Positions 35,137-40,907 of a stretch of DNA of 40,907 nt are shown piece by piece (the stretch's first letter is position 1; each line of letters opens with the position of its first letter). The stretch is taken from contig PWNW01000380.1 in the NCBI GenBank assembly GCA_003557605.1, positions 1 to 40,907 of the forward strand, written 5' to 3'. Made by a program: the position numbers and the translations under genes. Source of the stretch: Spirochaetaceae bacterium. GTDB taxonomy: Bacteria; Spirochaetota; Spirochaetia; PWKH01. The notes under the pieces are model-generated. The model saw nothing but the letters and a program-made list of their open reading frames with translations. It was not told the DNA's origin and did not search any database.

Positions 35137-36078
35137 TTGATAATCGAATACACCATGGAGGATGTAAAACTGGCGGGAAGGACTGCCTTGGTATCCTTCA
35201 TACTGTATCTAGTTGATCCCTTCAGCATGCTGTTCACTATTCCGATGCACTATCAGGGGATTCAAGGAAAAAACTATACGGCACTGCTGTTTTCGACTGT
35301 ATGCATCACTGCGGCTATAGCTGTACGTGAACTGCTCCGTTTTCGGGGAATTGAACTGAAGGGAGAAGTTCTGGTATTCTTCCTGGTAGGTTTCGGCATT
35401 CCGGCAATGCTGGCGGTTATTACCGGAGCATTCCATCTGCTGAAACCGATGAATCATCTGCGGCGCCTTGGGATTGTGCTTGGTTCTGTGTTTCTCCTTG
35501 GGTTTCTGCTGATACTGCTCTTTGAGCAGAGCAGCACCCTTTCTGAGAGGACCGTTGAACGGCTTGCAGATACTCTGGCGATGCTTTTTCCTGCAGGGGA
35601 GGCCGGGGTGTTTTCCCATCAGCAGTTTGCCTATGCTGCAGTCTACACTTTTCAGCGGACATTTCTGCTGATGCTGTCCATGCAGTTTGGGATCGGGTAT
35701 TCCGCTGCCTGGAAGATATGGAAGAAGAGGGCAGGAAAGACAGAGAGCCTTCTTGACCGGGTGCATCTTCCCGAGAAGTTTATCTGGGTGCTGCTGATAT
35801 CCTGGACGGTGATTCTTCTTGACATCATCGCAGGGCTTGGTACCGCAGCAGTCATCGGGTGGAACATCGGTCTTACCGCAGCCATGCTGTATGTGCTGCA
35901 GGGACTTGCGGTTTTTCGTGTGATATTGAACAGACGACGGAGAAACCCGGTTTCGGGATTCCAGCTCTGTATGCTTCTTGAGGTTCTGATGTTTATTCCG
36001 GGAATAAACATGATGGCACTGACTGCCCTGGGAATTCTCGGGGTTACTGAAATTTGGATTGCCTACCGGAGAGGGTAG
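35137..36078 (+). CDS. Polytopic membrane protein, DUF2232/YybS-like
   Basis: TTG 35137 lies 7 nt after AAGGAG (35124-35129). The product has about 8 hydrophobic helices. It sits between rpsR and rplI, as yybS-type genes do in other bacteria. Confidence 0.65.
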   Translation: MIIEYTMEDVKLAGRTALVSFILYLVDPFSMLFTIPMHYQGIQGKNYTALLFSTVCITAAIAVRELLRFRGIELKGEVLVFFLVGFGIPAMLAVITGAFHLLKPMNHLRRLGIVLGSVFLLGFLLILLFEQSSTLSERTVERLADTLAMLFPAGEAGVFSHQQFAYAAVYTFQRTFLLMLSMQFGIGYSAAWKIWKKRAGKTESLLDRVHLPEKFIWVLLISWTVILLDIIAGLGTAAVIGWNIGLTAAMLYVLQGLAVFRVILNRRRRNPVSGFQLCMLLEVLMFIPGINMMALTALGILGVTEIWIAYRRG

Positions 36079-36093
36079 CAGAAGGAGACGATA

Positions 36094-36666
36094 ATGAAAG
36101 TCATTCTGAATCAGGATGTGTATAATCTCGGAGAAGAAGGGGATGTCTGCGACGTCGCCCGGGGATATGCAAGAAATTACCTGCTTCCGAAAAAGCTTGC
36201 TGTGGCGTTTAACAATGCCAACAAGGCAGTTTTTGAGAGCAGAAAAGCAATTATTGACAAGAAAAAAGATGATAAAAGAAAAGCAGCAATGTCCTTGAAG
36301 GAGAAAATTGAGGACTTGACCCTGACCATACCGATGTCCGCCGGAGACTCCGGCAAGCTCTTTGGAGCGGTAACTTCATCTACCGTTGCTGAAGCCCTTG
36401 CGAAGGAGGGGGTGGAAATAGAACGGAAGAAAATTGAAGTTCCATCAAACCACATTAAAATGGTCGGGAACTACGCCATCAGGATTAAGCTGTATGAAAA
36501 TGAAACTGCTGATCTGAAGCTTCTTATTGAAAGCGACAGAAAGAGCACCAAAGAGAAACCGGAAGCAGTTCCTGCACCTGAGAAGAAAAAAGTCTCTGCA
36601 GAAGAGGAAAAAGCTGAAGTTCAGGAAACTCCTGCTGAAGAAGCACCTGCTGAATCAGAGGACTAG
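36094..36666 (+). CDS. rplI: 50S ribosomal protein L9 with Lys/Glu-rich C-terminal extension
   Basis: MKVILNQDVYNLGEEGDVCDVARGYARNYLLPKKLA is the canonical L9 N-domain. About 40 extra residues follow at the C-terminus (KSTKEKPEAVPAPEKKKVSAEEEKAEVQETPAEEAPAESED). Confidence 0.92.
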   Translation: MKVILNQDVYNLGEEGDVCDVARGYARNYLLPKKLAVAFNNANKAVFESRKAIIDKKKDDKRKAAMSLKEKIEDLTLTIPMSAGDSGKLFGAVTSSTVAEALAKEGVEIERKKIEVPSNHIKMVGNYAIRIKLYENETADLKLLIESDRKSTKEKPEAVPAPEKKKVSAEEEKAEVQETPAEEAPAESED

Positions 36667-36674
36667 GAGCTGTC

Positions 36675-38024
36675 ATGGAACGTATGGCAAGCACCGGAAG
36701 AGTGCCTCCTCATAATGCAGATGCGGAGAAAGCTGTTCTCGGTGCGGTCATGCTTGACCCTGAAGCGCTTGAAACGGTAATTGATTACCTGAGGCCGGAA
36801 GACTTCTATCGAAAGTCCCATCAGAAAATATTCACAACTATTCTCAATCTGGACGCACAGCATGATCCCCTCGATATTATCACCGTAACTGACCGACTTA
36901 AAAAAGATAACGTCCTTGAAATGTGCGGCGGCGCATCGTATATCTCTGATTTGACCTCCAGCGTGCCCTCAAGCGCAAATGTGAAGTATTATGCTCAAAT
37001 GGTGCAGAGCACCAGTGTGAAGCGTAAGCTTATCAGGGCGTCGACGGAGATTATTGATCTTGCCTACAACGAGCAGGAGGACCATAAGGAAATCCTTGCT
37101 GAGGCGCAGAAACAGATTTTCACCATTCTTGAGGGCGATCAGATCCGCGGCGGATACAGGACCAGCGATGATGTGGTGAATGAGACCATCAATATTATTG
37201 AAAAGCTTTATAAAGCAGGTGGAGACTACACTGGGGTTCCCTCCGGGTTTCCTGAGCTTGACAAAATGACCAGCGGTTTTCAGCCCTCTGATTTTGTCGT
37301 TATTGGGGCACGTCCATCGGTAGGGAAGACCGCCTTTGCACTCACTATTGTTCAGCATATGGCGGTAAAAAAGAAGGTTCCTGTCGGGTTTTTTACCCTT
37401 GAAATGTCAGGCCGGTTATTAATGCAGCGTCTTATGGCCAATGAAGCACGGATTGATCTCCAGAAAATTCGAAGCGGCATGCTGAAGCATTCTGATTTAG
37501 CGAAACTCATGGAAGCTGCAGCGCGTCTGTATGAAGCGCCTTTGTTTATTGAGGATACCCCCAATGCAAAGCTGCTTGACCTGCGGGCACAGGCAAGAAG
37601 GATGAAGAAAAATGAGAACATCCAGGCTTTGTTTGTAGATTATATCGGGCTGGTAGAACCTGAAAACAGGGGAAATGTACCAAGGCATGAGCAGGTTTCT
37701 GAAATTTCACGTTCCATGAAGGCCCTTGCAAGAGAACTTGATATCCCCGTGATCTGTCTGTCCCAGGTAGGACGGCAGTCGGAGGGAAAGGAGCCAACTC
37801 TTGCAGACATCAGGGAGTCCGGGTCCATTGAACAGGATGCTGACGTGGTGCTGTTTATTCACAAGGAACGTGAGACGGAGAATCGGGACCAGGCAGCAGA
37901 ACAGATGATCATGGAGACTGACATCATCGTAGCAAAACAGAGAAACGGTCCGGTAGGTCATTTCAAACTGGGATTCAATAAACGGTTTGTAAAATTTGAG
38001 TCCCTTTCACGGGATCGAGGGTAA
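36675..38024 (+). CDS. dnaB: Replicative DNA helicase
   Basis: PPHNADAEKAVLGAVMLDP marks the N-domain. Walker A GARPSVGKTAF, Walker B FVDYIGL and SGSIEQDADVV are present. Confidence 0.95.
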   Translation: MERMASTGRVPPHNADAEKAVLGAVMLDPEALETVIDYLRPEDFYRKSHQKIFTTILNLDAQHDPLDIITVTDRLKKDNVLEMCGGASYISDLTSSVPSSANVKYYAQMVQSTSVKRKLIRASTEIIDLAYNEQEDHKEILAEAQKQIFTILEGDQIRGGYRTSDDVVNETINIIEKLYKAGGDYTGVPSGFPELDKMTSGFQPSDFVVIGARPSVGKTAFALTIVQHMAVKKKVPVGFFTLEMSGRLLMQRLMANEARIDLQKIRSGMLKHSDLAKLMEAAARLYEAPLFIEDTPNAKLLDLRAQARRMKKNENIQALFVDYIGLVEPENRGNVPRHEQVSEISRSMKALARELDIPVICLSQVGRQSEGKEPTLADIRESGSIEQDADVVLFIHKERETENRDQAAEQMIMETDIIVAKQRNGPVGHFKLGFNKRFVKFESLSRDRG

Positions 38025-38903
38025 CTCCTTCAGGTAAGCTGTAATATCTGAGCGCATCTGAGGAGTCTCCTCATGACCGCAGTCGTAGATGTTCAGCTTC
38101 CACGACTCAGGCGTACCAGCTTCTGTATATGCCTGTTTCACCGACTTATGTATTTTTTCTACTCCTTTCATGGGAGTTAAGGGATCACGTGATCCGACGA
38201 GGGAAAAATGCCTTCTCGGTGCCGCCATTGCTATGATTGATGAAGCTGAGAACTCCTTAAGCAGTCCTGGAACGTAGTAGTACAGTCCATGAAGATCAAT
38301 GCCTCCGCTGCGTATCAGTTCATCAAAGTCAGTGAGGCAGCACAGATCAATACAGAAGGCAATGCGCTGATCAAGGGAAGCGCACCACCAGGCCATGGTG
38401 CTTCCCATGGACATCCCCATGATGCCAATGCAGTGTCTGTTTATATCATCACGAAGGTGAAGGTACTCCACCAGGCGAAGGGTGTCATACACCATCATGC
38501 CCCACAAGGTGCTTCCCTTCCAGAGAAACTCCTTAAACAGTTCTGACTCGCTTCTCAGATGCCGTTCTCCAAAACCCCAGGAATCAATGCAGATCACCCC
38601 AAACCCAAGGGATGTCAGGACTTCAGCATAAGGAGGGTCCTGCATATAGGGGATGCCTTCATAGAGTTCCCGTTTTCCTATGCTGTATGCCCCTCCATGG
38701 GCATGGGCATAGATAATCACAGGATGGGGACCTTGACGCCGGGGAAGAAAGCAGACTGCCGGCACCGGTTCAATACCGTTCAGGTCAAGCAGCAGGTCCT
38801 CCCGGTACGCCCAGGACTCCTGAGTTACTGTCTTTCTCATTACCCTCGGGGGACCTTCAATGTTCGGCAAGTCTCCCAGATACCTCAGCAGTGCTTTTGA
38901 CAT
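38007..38903 (-). CDS. Alpha/beta-fold hydrolase (acetyl-esterase/dienelactone-hydrolase-like)
   Basis: The start is set at ATG 38903, 7 nt after AGGAG. The nucleophile elbow GMSMGS is present, with HAHGG upstream and a C-terminal CGHEE (His) region. The 3' end overlaps dnaB by 18 nt. Confidence 0.75.
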   Translation of the reverse strand: MSKALLRYLGDLPNIEGPPRVMRKTVTQESWAYREDLLLDLNGIEPVPAVCFLPRRQGPHPVIIYAHAHGGAYSIGKRELYEGIPYMQDPPYAEVLTSLGFGVICIDSWGFGERHLRSESELFKEFLWKGSTLWGMMVYDTLRLVEYLHLRDDINRHCIGIMGMSMGSTMAWWCASLDQRIAFCIDLCCLTDFDELIRSGGIDLHGLYYYVPGLLKEFSASSIIAMAAPRRHFSLVGSRDPLTPMKGVEKIHKSVKQAYTEAGTPESWKLNIYDCGHEETPQMRSDITAYLKELPSIP

Positions 38904-38981
38904 AACGTTACTCCTGAAGATATCATACATGAGAACGCAGGTATTGGCAAATACAGCTCAGATGAAGATGCAGTATCATGG

Positions 38982-39012
38982 AAAAGGGGACAGTGTCAAA
39001 CTGTCCCCTTTT
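38982..39012 (-). terminator. Rho-independent terminator after the hybrid ORF (usable in both directions)
   Basis: AAAAGGGGACAGT (38982-38994) pairs perfectly with ACTGTCCCCTTTT (39000-39012) across a 5-nt loop. Confidence 0.7.
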
Positions 39013-39028
39013 AAACGGTGCTGCTGTG

Positions 39029-39922
39029 CTATTTTCCAGCCAGTGAAATGACCTTTTCGTAGCCGAAGAGTTCATCACGCTTCATGGTTCCCTTTTCAGC
39101 AGTGATTCCGTAGGTCTCATGGAGCTGTGAAAGAAATGCATCGATGAATTCATGGTTTTCAGGCCGTTTTCCCGTCTCTTCAAGTACGGAGGTTGAAGGT
39201 TCCAGTACTTTGTCCTTGATTTCCGGTGAAACCCAAACAACTTTGAACAGCTCCTTGGTCTCAAGGGGAGCAAGAAACAGCACTACATTTACTGTTATCA
39301 GGTTTTCAATTTCTGAAACAAGAATATTCGCAATCTTTTTTCCGCCAACTCTTACTCCGCCGCGATGACGGTACCAGGCATCAACCCCAAACCGCTTCAG
39401 GGTATCCACAAGCAGATTTCCTACATCACGGAATGCATCCTCAGGAGATGAGAAGGAACTGCGGTCAGTTACCATCTGAATGTTGATGGTGGAATCCGGG
39501 GACACAAACACCAGAGTTCTCTGCCCGGTAAGCACCACATGCTCCAAAGTGGGAACATCATCCCTGATCTCATTGATCAGATTGGCAAAATTGCTCAAGG
39601 TAATAAGCACCTTGGCCTGGCAGTCATTGAGAATATAGGTAATCTCCCTTCCCTTATACATAGAGTTGAAGGGGACTGCGACAGCTCCGATTTTCTGAAT
39701 GCCGAAAAAGCAGTACACAAATTCCGGAATGTTGGGCAGCATCATGGCAACCCGGTCACCCTGTTTTACTCCAAGGGAAACAAGGGCATTGGCAGATTTG
39801 TTCGCATGTTCATTCAGTTCACGGTATGAGATTTTTTTTCCCTCAAAGTAGAGGGCATCCTTTCTTTTATATGCCTTGGTGATCGTCTCCAGCATGTGGG
39901 CTAAATGTTTGATTTCACTCAT
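39029..39922 (-). CDS. Hybrid ORF: N-terminal ~130 aa of an AMP-dependent acyl-CoA synthetase joined to the C-terminal half of a lipoate/biotin protein ligase (BPL_LplA_LipB)-like domain
   Basis: The N-terminus reads ALYFEGKKISYRELNEHANKSANALVSLGVKQGDRVAMMLPNIPEFVYCFFGIQKIGAVAVPFNSMYKGREITYILNDCQAKVLIT, which is an ACS N-domain. The C-terminus reads LKRFGVDAWYRHRGGVRVGGKKIANIL...VVLFLAP...STSVLEETG...FIDAFLSQLHETYG, which is LplA/LplJ-like. A strong GGAGGAGGAAG RBS is present, and the start overlaps the upstream stop by 8 nt. Confidence 0.65.
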   Translation of the reverse strand: MSEIKHLAHMLETITKAYKRKDALYFEGKKISYRELNEHANKSANALVSLGVKQGDRVAMMLPNIPEFVYCFFGIQKIGAVAVPFNSMYKGREITYILNDCQAKVLITLSNFANLINEIRDDVPTLEHVVLTGQRTLVFVSPDSTINIQMVTDRSSFSSPEDAFRDVGNLLVDTLKRFGVDAWYRHRGGVRVGGKKIANILVSEIENLITVNVVLFLAPLETKELFKVVWVSPEIKDKVLEPSTSVLEETGKRPENHEFIDAFLSQLHETYGITAEKGTMKRDELFGYEKVISLAGK

Positions 39923-40907
39923 CTGAAGCTTCCTCCTCCTGGAGAATCAGCCGTTTGTCAACTGTGTCTGCGTTTCTCAGTTCCTTGCGGAGCACTTTTC
40001 CTGTAGCACTTTTCGGCAGACTCTCACTGAATTCTACAATCTTCGGGATTTTATACTCCGCAAGATGTTCGCGGCAGAACTGAAGGATTTCCTGTGAGGT
40101 GCTCTCCATTCCATCCTTGAGCACAACGAAGGCCTTCACGGTTTCCCGTTCTCGTTTGTCTTTTACCGCAACCACAGCTGCTTCCTCCACCGGAGGAAAA
40201 CTCATGATGACTTCCTCAACCTCACGGGGAGAAATATTGAATCCACCTCGAACTATCAGGTCCTTTTTTCTGTCGGTAATGAAGAAAAACCCGTCTGCAT
40301 CACGATACCCTAAATCCCCAGTAGCAAACCAGAGGTCCTTAATCACTTCATCGGTAGCTTCCTGGTTGTTCCAGTATCCGGTTGTCACTACTTCACCCTT
40401 GATGATAATCTCACCTTCGGTTCCGTCGGGAACATCGTTTCCGTCAAAGTCAACTACCTTCATATCAACCCCGGGAGAAGCTGGACCGATAGACCCCGGC
40501 TTGAACTGTTCCCCGGTCTTGTTCAGAGAAACCGCTGAAGTTGTCTCGGTAAGTCCGTATCCCTCGGCAATCTGAGTCTGGAAAAGCTCCATAAACTCCT
40601 CAAGGGTCTTCATCGGCAGCGGTGCTCCTCCTGAAACGCAGAGCCTTAGGCTCTTTGGTATTTCAGTTTTTCTGGCACGGGCAATCTGCAGAAGGTGCAT
40701 ATACATGCTTGGTACTGCAATCAGCAGAGTTGCTGTCGTAGAGGTAATAGTATCCAGAAGCTTTGCAGGGCTGTACTGCGGTATAAGCGACATAGCACAG
40801 CCGTTACGAGTCCCGCATACAAGACCATTGGAAAGCCCGTACACATGGAAGAGGGGACGCACCAGCACCACCGTGTCCTTGTGGGACATGGGCATAATAT
40901 TCTCAAC
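39915..40907 (-). CDS. AMP-dependent acyl-CoA synthetase/ligase, C-terminal two-thirds; N-terminus lies beyond the window end
   Basis: The frame is open to base 40907 (VENIMPMSHKD...). Motifs: YGLTETTS, TGDLGYRDADGFFFITDRKKDLI, GGFNISPREVEE and LPKSATGKVLRKEL. Confidence 0.85.
   Translation of the reverse strand, partial: VENIMPMSHKDTVVLVRPLFHVYGLSNGLVCGTRNGCAMSLIPQYSPAKLLDTITSTTATLLIAVPSMYMHLLQIARARKTEIPKSLRLCVSGGAPLPMKTLEEFMELFQTQIAEGYGLTETTSAVSLNKTGEQFKPGSIGPASPGVDMKVVDFDGNDVPDGTEGEIIIKGEVVTTGYWNNQEATDEVIKDLWFATGDLGYRDADGFFFITDRKKDLIVRGGFNISPREVEEVIMSFPPVEEAAVVAVKDKRERETVKAFVVLKDGMESTSQEILQFCREHLAEYKIPKIVEFSESLPKSATGKVLRKELRNADTVDKRLILQEEEASDE

Noticed and set aside
39915-39922. The two acyl-CoA-synthetase-related ORFs might be one frameshifted gene.
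   Set aside because: The upstream ORF already contains the complete ACS C-terminal domain, including the final GKVLRKEL motif. The downstream ORF restarts with a fresh ACS N-terminal domain. The order is C-terminus then N-terminus, which a frameshift cannot explain.
1-40907. I searched the window for CRISPR arrays, IS elements or transposases, integrases, prophage genes, toxin-antitoxin pairs, and tRNA or rRNA genes.
   Set aside because: I saw no regularly spaced direct repeats, no transposase- or integrase-like translations, and no intergenic gap long enough or structured like a tRNA or rRNA. Every gap over 70 nt was read and is accounted for by promoters or terminators.

Overview
This is a densely coding, chromosomal-looking bacterial window of roughly 50% G+C. 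I found no rRNA, tRNA, CRISPR array, transposase, integrase or phage genes. All calls come from reading the supplied translations for family motifs and the DNA for start, RBS and hairpin context; no database search was possible.

Gene content from left to right:
- 1-4.5 kb: the tail of a YgfM-like FAD subunit, an XdhD-type molybdenum hydroxylase interrupted by one in-frame TAA, and a YgeW-type carbamoyltransferase. This resembles part of the E. coli ygeW/xdhD anaerobic purine-catabolism neighbourhood.
- 4.5-8.2 kb: a visibly A+T-richer pair. One gene is an ICMT-like membrane methyltransferase. The other is a 1049-aa multi-TM/GAF/PAS histidine kinase with an extra C-terminal GNAT-superfamily (LuxI/FeeM/OlsB-like) acyltransferase domain.
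- 8.2-11.4 kb: an AzgA-type purine permease and adenine deaminase.
- 11.4-14.2 kb: a FecB/FecCD/FecE-type ABC importer with a perfect 12-bp inverted repeat at its promoter.
- 14.3-18.4 kb: proA-proB, a GT2-like hypothetical protein and an Amidase_3 cell-wall amidase.
- 18.3-28.1 kb: a long minus-strand housekeeping array, hflK-hflC-murE-ddl-dinB-trmL-proC-serS-pncB.
- 28.2-33.6 kb: metG, murD, a self-contained 30-codon bS22-like microgene, and a divergent eukaryotic-type UDPGP-family nucleotidyltransferase.
- 33.7-38.0 kb: rpsF-ssb-rpsR-DUF2232-rplI-dnaB, with low-complexity extensions on S6, S18 and L9.
- 38.0-40.9 kb: an alpha/beta hydrolase, a hybrid ORF (acyl-CoA synthetase N-terminus joined to a lipoate/biotin-ligase-like C-terminus), and a 5'-truncated acyl-CoA synthetase.

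The gene order and the non-DNPR MurE hint at a Spirochaetota-like organism, but that is a low-confidence inference.

I see no recognisable defence or mobile system. The most unusual items are the kinase-acyltransferase fusion, the interrupted and cysteine-less XdhD, the bS22-like microgene, the divergent UDPGP enzyme and the ACS::LplA-like hybrid ORF.
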